DNA of 64,000 nucleotides. Source: Longimicrobiales bacterium. GTDB taxonomy: Bacteria; Gemmatimonadota; Gemmatimonadetes; Longimicrobiales; Gaopeijiaceae. The notes beneath the pieces are model-generated. The model was not told the origin of the DNA, searched no databases, and saw only the letters and a program-made list of their open reading frames with translations. The stretch covers positions 128,001 through 192,000 of the forward strand of contig JAWLHJ010000001.1 in NCBI GenBank assembly GCA_041690395.1, given 5' to 3'. Of the stretch, positions 9,560 through 20,267 are shown in pieces (position 1 is the first letter of the stretch; every line of letters begins with the position of its first letter). The position numbers and the translations under genes are program-made.

Positions 9560-10369
9560 ATGAGCGACGCTCCCATTCTGAAGATCTCCGGACTCGAAGC
9601 CAAGGTCGCCGACGAGGATTTCGACATCCTCCGCGGCGTCGATCTCGAGATCCGGAAGGGCGAGATCCACGCCATCATGGGGCCGAACGGCTCCGGCAAG
9701 AGCACGCTGGCTAAGGTGCTGGCCGGTCACCCCGGGTACACGGTCACGAGCGGCCAGGTGACCTACAAGGGCGAGGATCTGCTCGAGCTGGAGACCGACG
9801 AGCGCAGCCGCGCCGGCATCTTCCTGGCCTTCCAGTATCCCGTGGAGATCCCCGGGGTGTCGATCGCGAACTTCCTGCGGACCGCCGTCCAGGCGCACCT
9901 GCCGGAAGGCGAGGAGCTCGACCTGTTCGACTTCTCGGACATCCTCACGGATCGCATGGAGCTGCTCGAGATGGACGTCTCGTTCGCCGAGCGTCACGTG
10001 AACGACGGCTTCAGCGGTGGTGAGAAGAAGCGGAACGAGATCCTGCAGATGGCCATGCTCCGCCCCGACCTCGCGCTCATGGACGAGACGGACTCCGGAC
10101 TGGACATCGACGCGCTGAAGACGGTCTCCGACGGGGTGAACAAGCTCACCGCCGAGAACCCCGACATGGCGATCCTCCTCATCACGCACTACCAGCGGCT
10201 GCTCGACTACATCAAGCCCGACGTCGTGCACGTGATGATGGACGGCCGCCTCGTCCGCTCGGGTGGGCCGGAGCTGGCCCTCGAGCTCGAGCAGGAAGGC
10301 TACAAGGACTGGCGCGAAGACGAAGCAGCGGTGGACACCCAGCCCGGCGCCGAGCGCGCGGGCAACTGA
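9560..10369 (+). CDS. sufC: Fe-S cluster assembly ATPase
   Basis: [48 protein letters not shown]. Confidence 0.98.
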   Translation: MSDAPILKISGLEAKVADEDFDILRGVDLEIRKGEIHAIMGPNGSGKSTLAKVLAGHPGYTVTSGQVTYKGEDLLELETDERSRAGIFLAFQYPVEIPGVSIANFLRTAVQAHLPEGEELDLFDFSDILTDRMELLEMDVSFAERHVNDGFSGGEKKRNEILQMAMLRPDLALMDETDSGLDIDALKTVSDGVNKLTAENPDMAILLITHYQRLLDYIKPDVVHVMMDGRLVRSGGPELALELEQEGYKDWREDEAAVDTQPGAERAGN

Positions 10370-10384
10370 ACGGAGGACCCTCCC

Positions 10385-11800
10385 ATGCCCCAGAACGACA
10401 CGATCAAGGACCTCAACCTCGACGAGTACAAGTACGACTTCGTCACCGAGGGGAAGCCTAAGTTCCGGGCCGAGAAGGGTCTGTCCGAAGAGGTCGTGCG
10501 CCAGATCTCGGCGCACAAGGACGAGCCCGAGTGGATGCTCGAGTATCGGCTGAAGGCCCTCGACATCTACAACAAGAAGCCGATGCCCACCTGGGGCGGT
10601 GACCTGACGAACCTCGAGGAGACCCTCGACGAGATCTACTTCTACGTGCGCCCCCAGGACCAGATGGAGCGCTCCTGGGACGACGTCCCGGAAGAGATCA
10701 AGGACACGTTCGAGAAGCTCGGGATCCCCGAGGCCGAGCGGAAGATCCTGGCCGGCGTCGGAGCCCAGTACGAGTCCGAGATGGTGTACCACTCGCTCCG
10801 GAAGGAGTGGGAGGATCAGGGCGTCATCTTCGATTCCATCGAAGACGGCCTCAAGAACCACCCCGAGCTGTTCCGGGAATACTTCGGGACGGTCGTTCCG
10901 GCCGAGGACAACAAGTTCGCCGCGATGAACGCAGCGGTATGGTCGGGCGGCTCGTTCGTCTACATCCCGAAGGGCGTCTCACTGGACACTCCGCTCCAGG
11001 CGTACTTCCGCGTCAACCAGGAGCGCATGGGTCAGTTCGAGCGGACGCTCATCATCGTCGACGAGGGCGCGCAGGCGCACTACATCGAGGGGTGCACCGC
11101 CCCGGTCTACTCGACCGAGTCGTTCCACTCCGGCGTCATCGAGATCCTCGTCAAGAAGAACGCCCGCTTCCGCTACACGACCATCCAGAACTGGTCGAAC
11201 AATATGTACAACCTGGTGACCCAGCGCGCGCTGGTGGAAGCCGGGGGCCACATGGAATGGCTCGACGGGAACCTCGGCTCCAAGCTGACCATGAAGTACC
11301 CGTCCTGCTATCTGATGGGCGAGGGCGCGCACGGCGAGATCCTCTCCATCGCCTACTCGGGGAACGGTCAGCACCAGGATACGGGCGGGAAGGTCGTGCA
11401 CGTCGCGCCCAACACGACGTCGTCCATCGTCTCGAAGTCGATCTCCAAGGGGACCGGCCGCTCGACGTACCGGGGTCTCTGCAAGGTCTACGAGGGCGCG
11501 CACCACGCGCGCTCGAACGTGGAATGCGACGCGCTGCTCATCAACGACACGTCGCGTACGGACACGTACCCGTACATCGAGATCGACGAGCAGGACGCGA
11601 GCGTGGGCCACGAGGCTTCCGTCTCCAAGATCGGCGAGGAGCAGCTCTTCTACCTCACGAGCCGCGGCATCTCCGAAGAGGAAGCCATGGCCATGATCGT
11701 GCGCGGCTTCATCGAGCCGATCGCCAAGGAGCTTCCGCTCGAGTATGCGGTGGAGCTCAACCGCCTGATCGAGCTCGAGATGGAAGGCTCGGTAGGCTGA
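10385..11800 (+). CDS. sufB: Fe-S cluster assembly scaffold
   Basis: [51 protein letters not shown]. Confidence 0.98.
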   Translation: MPQNDTIKDLNLDEYKYDFVTEGKPKFRAEKGLSEEVVRQISAHKDEPEWMLEYRLKALDIYNKKPMPTWGGDLTNLEETLDEIYFYVRPQDQMERSWDDVPEEIKDTFEKLGIPEAERKILAGVGAQYESEMVYHSLRKEWEDQGVIFDSIEDGLKNHPELFREYFGTVVPAEDNKFAAMNAAVWSGGSFVYIPKGVSLDTPLQAYFRVNQERMGQFERTLIIVDEGAQAHYIEGCTAPVYSTESFHSGVIEILVKKNARFRYTTIQNWSNNMYNLVTQRALVEAGGHMEWLDGNLGSKLTMKYPSCYLMGEGAHGEILSIAYSGNGQHQDTGGKVVHVAPNTTSSIVSKSISKGTGRSTYRGLCKVYEGAHHARSNVECDALLINDTSRTDTYPYIEIDEQDASVGHEASVSKIGEEQLFYLTSRGISEEEAMAMIVRGFIEPIAKELPLEYAVELNRLIELEMEGSVG

Positions 11801-11837
11801 CCGCCACTCCGTCCTCACGACACCGCATCCATACCCC

Positions 11838-13181
11838 ATGCACGATACCGGCTTCATGGAAGGCATCACCGACGCGCTGAACGGCTCCGCCGTCTCCCTC
11901 GCCTCCGAAGGCGAGCCCGACTGGCTGAAGGAGCGCCGCGCCCATGCTTGGGACGTCTACGAGCGCACCCCGCTCCCGACGACCCGGCTCGAGGAGTGGC
12001 GCTACACCGACCTCAAGAAGAAGCTCGACCTCGACGCACTCCGGCTGAGCGACGCCGAGACCGCGCCCGACGACCCCGACGCCTGGCCCGAGCGGCTTCG
12101 CGACTGCATGGCCGAGGACAGGGACGCGTCCGGACACCTGGTCCTGATCGACGGTCACGTGGTCCACACGGACATCGACGAGGCGCTCGCCGATAAGGGC
12201 GTCGTGCTGATGTCGCTGCACGACGCCATCGACGCGTACGGCGATCTGGTGCGCGAGCACCTCGCCCGCGAGGCGGTTCCGCCTGAGGAAGGGAAGTTCG
12301 CGGCGCTGAACGCCGCTCTCTGGAACGACGGCATTTTCCTGTACGTGCCCCGCGGCGTGAAGCTCGAGCATCCGGTGCGGGTGACGCGCTGGGTCTCGGA
12401 GACGGGTGTGGCCTATTTCAGCCGCGTGCTGATCGTCGCCGAGGACGCGAGCCAGGTCTCGTACGTCGACGAGGTCCTCTCCGATGACTTCGCGCAGCAG
12501 ACGCTCGTCTCGAACGCGGTCGAAGTGATCGCGCGTCAGGGTGCCCAGGTCCAGTTCGTGTCGGTCCAGCGTCTCGGCGAGGGTGCCTTCTTCCAGTCGG
12601 TGCAGCGCACGCTGGCGGGTCGCGACGCCACGCTCGACACGCTGAACGTCGGGCTGGGCGCCTCCGTGAGTCGCGTCGACCTCAACGCGCGGCTCCTCGG
12701 TCCCGGCTCCAACTCGGATATGCTCGGGCTCTACTTCGGAGACAAGAACCAGCACTTCGATTTCAATACGAGTCAGGACCACGTCGCCCCCAACGCGGCC
12801 AGCGACCTGCTCTACAAAGGCGCGTTGGACGGCGCGAGCCGTGCGGTCTTCCGGGGCATCATCCGGGTGCATCCGGGCGCGCAGCGCACCGACGCGTACC
12901 AGACCAATCGAAACCTCCTGCTCTCGGGGAAGGCGCGGGCCGACTCGCTCCCGAACCTCGAGATCGAGGCCGACGACGTGAAGTGCTCCCACGGCGCGAC
13001 GATCGGCGAGCTCGATTCAGAAGCCAAATTCTATTTGATGAGCCGCGGGCTCGACCGCATCACCGCCGAGCGGCTCGTGGTGCTGGGCTTCCTGGGTGAA
13101 GTGCTCGCCCGGCTCCCGCTCGGGGGCGTGGTGGAGAAGGTCACCCGCGCGATCGAAGACAAGCTCGCAAACCATGGCTGA
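11838..13181 (+). CDS. sufD: Fe-S cluster assembly protein
   Basis: EEWRYTDL, PNLEIEADDVKCSHGATIG, FYLMSRG. Confidence 0.96.
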   Translation: MHDTGFMEGITDALNGSAVSLASEGEPDWLKERRAHAWDVYERTPLPTTRLEEWRYTDLKKKLDLDALRLSDAETAPDDPDAWPERLRDCMAEDRDASGHLVLIDGHVVHTDIDEALADKGVVLMSLHDAIDAYGDLVREHLAREAVPPEEGKFAALNAALWNDGIFLYVPRGVKLEHPVRVTRWVSETGVAYFSRVLIVAEDASQVSYVDEVLSDDFAQQTLVSNAVEVIARQGAQVQFVSVQRLGEGAFFQSVQRTLAGRDATLDTLNVGLGASVSRVDLNARLLGPGSNSDMLGLYFGDKNQHFDFNTSQDHVAPNAASDLLYKGALDGASRAVFRGIIRVHPGAQRTDAYQTNRNLLLSGKARADSLPNLEIEADDVKCSHGATIGELDSEAKFYLMSRGLDRITAERLVVLGFLGEVLARLPLGGVVEKVTRAIEDKLANHG

Positions 13182-13485
13182 GTGGGTGCGCGTCGCCGAC
13201 GTCGGGGCATGCCCGTCCGGGCAACTCAAGGGCGTGATGGCGAACGGCCAGGCCGTGGTGCTCGCCAACGTGGACGGTACGGTCTGCGCGCTGGAGGACC
13301 AGTGCTCGCACGAGGCGTACCCGCTGTCGGACGGTGAGCTCGACGGCGACGTCGTCGTCTGCAAGTACCATGGCGCTCGCTTCGACGCCTGCTCCGGCGC
13401 GCGCCGGGCGCTTCCCGCGGTCCGCCCCGTCCGGGCCTATCCGGTCGAGGTTCGGGACGACGGGATCTACGTGGACCTCGGGTGA
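13174..13485 (+). CDS. Rieske-type [2Fe-2S] ferredoxin
   Basis: CSHE and CKYHGARFD ligands; ATG 13174 overlaps sufD end. Confidence 0.92.
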   Translation: MAEWVRVADVGACPSGQLKGVMANGQAVVLANVDGTVCALEDQCSHEAYPLSDGELDGDVVVCKYHGARFDACSGARRALPAVRPVRAYPVEVRDDGIYVDLG

Positions 13486-14732
13486 GCACGCCACCGGCCG
13501 CGACGGCCCCCTACGACGCCTCGACGATCCGCGAGCAGTTCCCGGCGCTCGGCCAGACGGTCCACGGGAAGCCCCTCGTCTATCTCGACAACGCCGCGAC
13601 CTCGCAGAAGCCGCGCCCCGTGCTCGACGCGCTCGGTCACTACTACGAGCATGACAACGCCAACGTCCACCGGGGCATCCACGAGCTCTCGCGACGCGCG
13701 ACCGATGCCTACGAGGCGGCTCGCGTCACGGTGGCCGGATGGATCGGCGCGAGCGACCCGAACCAACTCGTCTGGACCCGGGGGACCACCGAGGCCATCA
13801 ACCTGGTCGCGAACGCCTGGGGGCTCGACAACCTGAGCGAGGGCGACGAGATCCTGATCTCGGTCCTCGAGCACCATTCGAACATCGTGCCCTGGCAGCT
13901 CCTGGCGCGCCGGACCGGCGCCAGCATCCGCTACATCGAGCTCGACGACGAAGGTCGCCTCGTCCTGGACGATCTCGACGAGTTGCTGACGGATCGGACG
14001 AAGTTGGTCTCGGTCTCGCACGTGTCGAACGCGCTCGGTACGGTGAACCCGGTGAAGCGCATCGTCGATGCCGCCCACGCGGTGGGTGCCGTGGTCCTGG
14101 TGGACGGGGCGCAGGGCGCCGTCCATGCCCAGGTCGACGTCGAGGCGCTCGGCGCGGACTTCTACGCGTTCAGCGGCCACAAGATGTGCGGCCCGACCGG
14201 CATCGGTGCGCTGTGGGGGAAACGTGAACTTCTCGAGAACATGTCGCCGTATCACGGTGGCGGCGAGATGATCCACGTCGTGGGACGCGACGAGAGCACC
14301 TGGGCGGACCTCCCCCACAAGTTCGAGGCCGGAACGCCGAACATCGCGGGCGCGATAGGGTTCGGGGCCGCGGTGGACTTCCTCTCCGGCATCGGGATGG
14401 AGTCGATCGTGGAGCACGAGAGGAGCCTGCTGCGCTACGCGCTCGAACGGTTCGAGGAGCTGGACGGTGTGAGGGTGTATGGTCCGACGTCGCTCGACGA
14501 GCGCTCGGCCGTGCTGTCGTTCTCCATGGACAGCGCCCATCCACACGACATCTCGACGATCCTCGATGCCGAGGGCGTCGCGGTCCGGGCCGGACATCAC
14601 TGCGCCCAGCTCGTCATGAAGCACTTCGATGTTCCCGCCACGGCGCGGGCGTCGTTCTACCTGTACAACACGACCGACGACGTCGACCGCCTGGTCGACG
14701 GCATCGATCAGGTGCGCCGCATCTTCGCCTGA
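13482..14732 (+). CDS. sufS: Cysteine desulfurase
   Basis: YLDNAATSQKP, FSGHKMCGPTG, RAGHHCAQ. Confidence 0.97.
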   Translation: MSTPPAATAPYDASTIREQFPALGQTVHGKPLVYLDNAATSQKPRPVLDALGHYYEHDNANVHRGIHELSRRATDAYEAARVTVAGWIGASDPNQLVWTRGTTEAINLVANAWGLDNLSEGDEILISVLEHHSNIVPWQLLARRTGASIRYIELDDEGRLVLDDLDELLTDRTKLVSVSHVSNALGTVNPVKRIVDAAHAVGAVVLVDGAQGAVHAQVDVEALGADFYAFSGHKMCGPTGIGALWGKRELLENMSPYHGGGEMIHVVGRDESTWADLPHKFEAGTPNIAGAIGFGAAVDFLSGIGMESIVEHERSLLRYALERFEELDGVRVYGPTSLDERSAVLSFSMDSAHPHDISTILDAEGVAVRAGHHCAQLVMKHFDVPATARASFYLYNTTDDVDRLVDGIDQVRRIFA

Positions 14733-14844
14733 CCGCGCGGGTCCCGCAGGAGTCGGCACACACGGAGGTCCGAGCGGCACCGCGTGGCGAAGCACGGGCG
14801 TCCCGACGTATGTTGTCGTCAACGCCACGTAAACGGGGACCCCG

Positions 14845-15297
14845 ATGGAAACACCGCAGCTCAACTCGCTCTATCAGCAGCTCATCCTCGAGCACTACAA
14901 GAGTCCCCGGAACAAGGGCGACCTCGAGGACCGCACCGTCGAGGTGCACATGGCCAACCCCGTGTGCGGCGACGAGATCAAGCTGCAGCTTCGCATCGCC
15001 GGCGATACCATCGAGAGCGCCAAGTTCGTGGGGCAGGGATGCTCGATCTCCCAGGCGTCGGTCAGCATCATGACGACGCTCCTCGAGGGGAGCTCGCTCG
15101 CCGACGCGGAGGGGCTGGCCGACCGGTTCACGGCCGTCATGCACGGCGACGCGGAAGCGGCGCGTGACAAGGCACTCGGTGACCTGAGGGCGCTCCAGGG
15201 CGTCAGCAAGTTCCCCGTGCGTGTGAAGTGCGCGCTGCTCGGCTTCGACGCCCTCCGGGAGGCGCTCAAGCGAAGCGCGGCCGAGCCGGCGAACTGA
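14845..15297 (+). CDS. sufU: SUF-system NifU-family protein
   Basis: LYQQLILEHY, NPVCGDEI, GCSISQAS, RVKCALL. Confidence 0.96.
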   Translation: METPQLNSLYQQLILEHYKSPRNKGDLEDRTVEVHMANPVCGDEIKLQLRIAGDTIESAKFVGQGCSISQASVSIMTTLLEGSSLADAEGLADRFTAVMHGDAEAARDKALGDLRALQGVSKFPVRVKCALLGFDALREALKRSAAEPAN

Positions 15298-15301
15298 CGT
15301 C

Positions 15302-15841
15302 ATGGAGGTCCACTCGGCCCACATCTCCGAGACCCGCGCGGGTCCGGTCACGGTGTGGGTATCAGCCGAGGGCCTCCGCCACATCGAGTTCGGCCCGTTG
15401 CCGTCGGAGCACCACCTCGACCCACCCGATCGACTCCCGGAGACCCTCCGGCGCGCCGTGGATCAGCTCCGCGAATACTTCGCCGGCGAGCGCACCGACT
15501 TCGACCTACCGCTCGACCTGAGTGGTGTGGCCACGGACTTCCAGCGCCGGGTCTACGAGCGGCTGCTCGAGGTGCAGTACGGCCGTGTCACCTCGTACGG
15601 CGCCCTCGCCGAGGCGGTCGGGGGGCCCGAGCTCTCACGCGCCGTCGGGCAGGCAGTCGGCGCGAACCCGATCCCGATCGTGATCCCGTGCCACCGAGTG
15701 GTCGGCACGGACGGTCGCCTCACGGGCTACTCGGGGGGGCTCGCCGTCAAGATCGCCCTGCTCCGCCTCGAGGGGGTCGACGTGGACGGAAGCCGACCCG
15801 GCAGCCGCGTACGCCCCGACGTCATTCCGCTGGATCTCTGA
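15302..15841 (+). CDS. ogt: Methylated-DNA-protein-cysteine methyltransferase
   Basis: RAVGQAVGANPIPIVIPCHRVV active site. Confidence 0.95.
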   Translation: MEVHSAHISETRAGPVTVWVSAEGLRHIEFGPLPSEHHLDPPDRLPETLRRAVDQLREYFAGERTDFDLPLDLSGVATDFQRRVYERLLEVQYGRVTSYGALAEAVGGPELSRAVGQAVGANPIPIVIPCHRVVGTDGRLTGYSGGLAVKIALLRLEGVDVDGSRPGSRVRPDVIPLDL

Positions 15842-15847
15842 AGGCTA

Positions 15848-15867
15848 CGGCGGGGCAAGCCCCGCCG
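15848..15867. terminator. GC-rich hairpin between convergent genes
   Basis: CGGCGGGG-CAAG-CCCCGCCG just after ogt stop; no U tract. Confidence 0.4.
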
Positions 15868-15913
15868 GGCGGGCGGCGCGGCTGGGCGACACACCCTCCG
15901 GCGCCCGCCCCGA

Positions 15914-16933
15914 TCACGCCTGAGGCAAAGACTCGACGAGCTCGACCATCCGCCGGAGGTGGTCGGGGGTGGGAAGGCGACCCCGCGCGGCTCCCAGGTT
16001 GTCCGTCATGTGGCCGGGGTTGCTCGTGCCCGGCGTGGCGACCGTCACGGCCGGGTGCGCCAGCACGAACTTGAGCATGAACTGCGCCCAGGTGGTCGCG
16101 TCGAACTCGGCGGCCCAGTCGGGCAGGGGCCGGTCGCCGATGCGGGCCCACATCCGGCTGCGGCCGAAGGGCAGGTAGACGATCACGCCGATCCCCTGGT
16201 CCTGCGCGAGCGGCAGGATGGTCTCCTCGACCACGCGGTTGTCCACGGCGTAGTCGATGCCGATGAAGTCGAGGGGGTACTCGCGCATCACCTGCTCGAG
16301 ATGGTCGTACTGGCTCTCGCTCGTGGTGGTGATCCCCATGTAGCGGATGCGGCCCTCGCCCTTGAGCTCCTGGAGGATCCCGAGCTGGGTCGGTGGATCG
16401 CCCATGTTGTGCACGTTGATCGCGTCGATGACCGGGATACGCAGGCGGTCGAACGACCGCTCGATCTGTGCGCGCGCCTCGGCCGGGTCGGCAGAGCCCC
16501 CGCCACGTCCGGCGACGTTCACCTTGGTCGCCCAGAACATCCGGTCGGCGATGCCGAGCTCCTGGGCCACGCGACCCGAGACCTCCTCGGAAGCGCCGTA
16601 CCCGGCGGCGGTGTCGAAGAACGTTCCTCCACCGTCCACCAACGCCTGGAGGACCTCTCCGATCGTCTCGAAGTCCTCTTCGCCCGCGGTGGCCGAGAAG
16701 GTGTTCGCACCCCCCAGGCCGACGGCAGGCAGGCGCTCCCCGCTCGACGGGATCGCGCGCATCAGGAGGTCACCGCTCTCCGTACCCGCGCTCGTTGCCG
16801 GACCACCACCCGCCGAAGCGCCCGCGCCATTCGCGCCGGCGTCACCCGCGTCGGACGGAGCGCACCCCGGGAAGGCGAAGGCGGCGCCCGCGCCTACGGT
16901 GATCCTCAGCCAGTCGCGTCGTGACAACGTCAT
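15914..16933 (-). CDS. Aldo/keto reductase with Tat signal
   Basis: SRRDWL twin-arginine signal; FDTAAGYGASE, WATKV, LKFVLAHPAVT. Confidence 0.92.
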   Translation of the reverse strand: MTLSRRDWLRITVGAGAAFAFPGCAPSDAGDAGANGAGASAGGGPATSAGTESGDLLMRAIPSSGERLPAVGLGGANTFSATAGEEDFETIGEVLQALVDGGGTFFDTAAGYGASEEVSGRVAQELGIADRMFWATKVNVAGRGGGSADPAEARAQIERSFDRLRIPVIDAINVHNMGDPPTQLGILQELKGEGRIRYMGITTTSESQYDHLEQVMREYPLDFIGIDYAVDNRVVEETILPLAQDQGIGVIVYLPFGRSRMWARIGDRPLPDWAAEFDATTWAQFMLKFVLAHPAVTVATPGTSNPGHMTDNLGAARGRLPTPDHLRRMVELVESLPQA

Positions 16934-16977
16934 GTGGAACCTTCTTCTGGGTGGCGGTCAGGGGGGTCTCGAGAAGC

Positions 16978-18249
16978 CTAAGAATGCAGGCGATCAGGGG
17001 TCGGCGCCAGAGATTCCGGCACGGGCTCGCCGGCCACGATCGCATGCGCGACGAACTCGCCCGTGACGGGCCCCAGCGTGAGTCCGAGCATGCCGTGACC
17101 GGTGGCGATCCACGCGCCCGGCATGTCGGAGAGAGGTCCCACGAACGGCAACCCGTCGGCGCTCACCGGGCGAAGCCCCGCCCACTCCGAGACGGGCGCC
17201 GCCCCGCCGAAAGCACGGAACGCGCGCTTCGCGGACCGGCTCAACTGCTCCAACCGCTCGGGCCTCAGCGTGTCGTTCCATCCCGAGAACTCCATCGTCC
17301 CGGCCAGCCGCACGCGCCCCTCGAGCGGGGTGCAGAACACCGACGACTCGTGCAGCACGCACGCGATCCCGAGGTCCGGAGCCCCACCAGCGCCGACCGG
17401 GATATCCCGGTGGTAGCCCTTGCCTGGCTGGACGGGCAGACGCACGCCGACCCGCCCGGCAAGGGCGAGGCCGAACGGACCCGTGGCAAGAACCACGGCG
17501 TCGGCGGGCTCGAACGCGCCATCGGTGAGCGTTACGCCGGCCGCCTGGCCACCGCGGACCTTCACGTCCACCACCTCCACACCCTCGCGGACGACAGCGC
17601 CGTGCCGCACGGCCGCGGCGGCGAGCCCGCGTGTGAAGGCGAGGGGGTCGACCGTCGCGGCCTCGGGATAGAAGACGCCGCCCACGACATCCGGGGCCAG
17701 GGCCGGCTCACGCCGGCGCAACTCTTCGGGACCCAACGCGTCCGGAGCGTATCCGTGCGGCCGGATCAGATCGGCCTCACGGCATGCCGAGTCGAAGCCG
17801 TCCTCGGTGGCGCACACATCGTAGTAGCCCTCCGGCCGGTATCCGCACCCGATCCCTTCCTCGGCGACGATCCGCTCGAAGAGCGCCAGAGTACGGTGAC
17901 CCATGGGGGCCATCACTTCCATGGAGCGGGTGACGGCCTCGTGCGTACAGTGCCGCGCGAACGTGGCGAGCCAACGCCACAGATCGGGGTCCCATCGGGG
18001 CGGCAAGTACAGTGGACTGGCCGGATCGAACATGCGGCTCAGCCCTTCACGCACCCTCCCCGGGCGGTTGAGAGGCGGATGTCCGGCCGACACGGTGCCC
18101 GCATTGCCGAACGACGCTTCCCCCGCGATGCGTCCGCGCTCGAGGAGCGTCACGTGAGCGCCGGCACGCGAAAGGAAGTATGCGCAGCTCACGCCGATCA
18201 CCCCACCACCGACCACCACTACACGGGGACCGCTCCCGGACGGTGTCAT
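16978..18249 (-). CDS. FAD-dependent D-amino acid dehydrogenase family oxidoreductase
   Basis: ATG 18249 overlaps upstream stop; VVVGGGVIG, ASFGNAG, WAGLRPVSADGLP, GHGMLGLTLGPVTG. Confidence 0.9.
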   Translation of the reverse strand: MTPSGSGPRVVVVGGGVIGVSCAYFLSRAGAHVTLLERGRIAGEASFGNAGTVSAGHPPLNRPGRVREGLSRMFDPASPLYLPPRWDPDLWRWLATFARHCTHEAVTRSMEVMAPMGHRTLALFERIVAEEGIGCGYRPEGYYDVCATEDGFDSACREADLIRPHGYAPDALGPEELRRREPALAPDVVGGVFYPEAATVDPLAFTRGLAAAAVRHGAVVREGVEVVDVKVRGGQAAGVTLTDGAFEPADAVVLATGPFGLALAGRVGVRLPVQPGKGYHRDIPVGAGGAPDLGIACVLHESSVFCTPLEGRVRLAGTMEFSGWNDTLRPERLEQLSRSAKRAFRAFGGAAPVSEWAGLRPVSADGLPFVGPLSDMPGAWIATGHGMLGLTLGPVTGEFVAHAIVAGEPVPESLAPTPDRLHS

Positions 18250-19502
18250 CCGGCCTTGGGATCGAGCAACACCTTGATGGACCGGGACTTGCGACGGTTC
18301 GCCGCGGTCGAGATGGCCTGCCGGTACTCCCCCAGGGGATAGATGTGGGTGACCATCCGATCGACCGGAGGCATCGTCTCCAACAGGAGATCCCGGGTGA
18401 TCTCGAAGGTGTGCGCCCTCCCCCCATGCCACTCCTCGATCCCGTATCCCACGAATCCCTTGATCTCGAGCTCGTGGGCCCACACGAACGTGAGATCCAG
18501 CTTTCGGATCTCGGCGGCGCAACCGAGCATGACCAGGCGGCCGCGCGGGGACGCGTATCGCATCGCCTGCGTCAGCGTCTGCCCGCTCCCCACGCAGTCG
18601 AAGACCAACGGGAAGCCGCCCCCGGCGAAGACCTCGTCGCCGACGATGGGCATGTACGCCTGGGCGCCGGTCTCCACGAGCGCCTGTCGCGCCTCGTCGC
18701 CGGGTGAAACGACGCTCGAAGCGCCGAGCGCGCGGGCGATGTCGCCCTCGTGCGAGCGCTTGATCTGCGCCACGATCTCACCCTCGAAGCCCGCCGCCCG
18801 CAGCGCCCAGATGGTTCCGAGCGCGATGGGTCCGCTACCGATGACCAGAGCGGGGCCCGGTCCCCACGGCCGCATACCGAGCACGGCGTGCATGCCGACG
18901 GCGAGCGGCTCGATGAGCACGGCCGACTTGTCCGGGAGGGCCTCGTCGACCGGAAAGAGCTGCGACCGGTGCGCGAGGACGCGCTCGGACCAGCCACCGG
19001 GTAGGTCGCTGTGGAAGCCCACGGTGGCCCCCCGACTCAGGGGCTTCCCGTCGATCGCCACCCGACCTTCGTCGCCGGCGCGCTCGCACGTACAGTGCCG
19101 GCCGGCGCCGCAGGAGACGCACTCGTCGTCGGCCGGGAAGCCGCGCGTGCCGCAGGAGATCATCGGGTCGACCACCACTCGGGTCCCCACCGCCACGTCC
19201 CTCACCGCCGGCCCGGTCTCGACCACCCGCCCCAGGATCTCATGCCCCAGAACGGCCGGGAACGAGCCGAACGGCTCCATCACGGGGCTGGCCTGGAGGT
19301 CCAGTGTGCCGATATCGGTACCACAGATGCCCGCCTTGAGAACCTCGACCCGCGCCCAGTCGTCGCCGGGAAGCCCGGGCTCCGACACGTCCCCGAAGCG
19401 GAGTCCGCTCAGCCCTCCGTAGCGAGCCGCCTCCGTGAGGCGCCCGAGCGTGCGACCCACGACGTAGCTGGGAACGGTGACGTTGAACGAGACTGCGCGC
19501 AT
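18246..19502 (-). CDS. Zinc-binding medium-chain dehydrogenase
   Basis: GICGTD, GHE, structural-Zn cysteines, GSGPIA nucleotide-binding loop. Confidence 0.9.
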   Translation of the reverse strand: MRAVSFNVTVPSYVVGRTLGRLTEAARYGGLSGLRFGDVSEPGLPGDDWARVEVLKAGICGTDIGTLDLQASPVMEPFGSFPAVLGHEILGRVVETGPAVRDVAVGTRVVVDPMISCGTRGFPADDECVSCGAGRHCTCERAGDEGRVAIDGKPLSRGATVGFHSDLPGGWSERVLAHRSQLFPVDEALPDKSAVLIEPLAVGMHAVLGMRPWGPGPALVIGSGPIALGTIWALRAAGFEGEIVAQIKRSHEGDIARALGASSVVSPGDEARQALVETGAQAYMPIVGDEVFAGGGFPLVFDCVGSGQTLTQAMRYASPRGRLVMLGCAAEIRKLDLTFVWAHELEIKGFVGYGIEEWHGGRAHTFEITRDLLLETMPPVDRMVTHIYPLGEYRQAISTAANRRKSRSIKVLLDPKAG

Positions 19503-19548
19503 GAGGCGATACCGCCGTTTCGGATCGATGTGTGGAGGACGGAACGGT

Positions 19549-20148
19549 TCAGGGGGCCGTTCCCGACAGCGCCCTTAAGATGGCCCGGATGGACGCGAGC
19601 GTCTTCCCCGAGACCGCGCTCAGCCCGAGTACGAGCCCCACGAGGAGCGCGACGGTCTCCCATACCCCGACCCAGGGTACGGCACCTTCTCCGCCGTACG
19701 ACGCCAGTCCGACGAGCGCCAGCGCCAGCAGGCCGGCGACGATCCGCTCGGTGAGGCAGAGAGGTTCGAAAGTCGGGACGCGGCTCGGACCGGTCTCGGA
19801 AGCGCGGGAAGGGCGGAGGGCGCGTGCCGGGCCGTCGGCATCTCCGGCGTCCGGGCGGGCGGCCTGCGTCGCGCGATCCGGCGGCGGGACACGCTTCACC
19901 GCGGCGCCGCTGCCGTCGTCCAGGTCCAGGATCACACGAGCCTCGTCCTCATCCTCCGCCCGCACCCAGATCACGGCGGGTCGGGCGATGGTCACGCCCG
20001 CGTCCGCGCCACCCGCATCGTCTATCTGGAGCCGGAAGGGGATGCCGGCATCCCGTAGGAAACCCGCGGCGAACTCGGCCTCGTGACGGTAGAGGTACTC
20101 GGCGATCCGCACGTGCGGTCGTTCCCGTTCCCCGGGAGATCTGGTCAT
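19549..20148 (-). CDS. DUF2007-like membrane protein
   Basis: EAEFAAGFLRDAGIP..VRAEDEDEARVIL pattern plus two C-terminal TM helices; start uncertain. Confidence 0.65.
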   Translation of the reverse strand: MTRSPGERERPHVRIAEYLYRHEAEFAAGFLRDAGIPFRLQIDDAGGADAGVTIARPAVIWVRAEDEDEARVILDLDDGSGAAVKRVPPPDRATQAARPDAGDADGPARALRPSRASETGPSRVPTFEPLCLTERIVAGLLALALVGLASYGGEGAVPWVGVWETVALLVGLVLGLSAVSGKTLASIRAILRALSGTAP

Positions 20149-20267
20149 GGCTGGCCGGCTGGGTGTAGTGCGTCTGGCCTGGTACCCTGGACACACCCAC
20201 CTTACCCACTCCGATTGGAGCGGTAAATGGGACGAGCCTCCCCCCCCATCCGAGGAGTCCGCATCCG

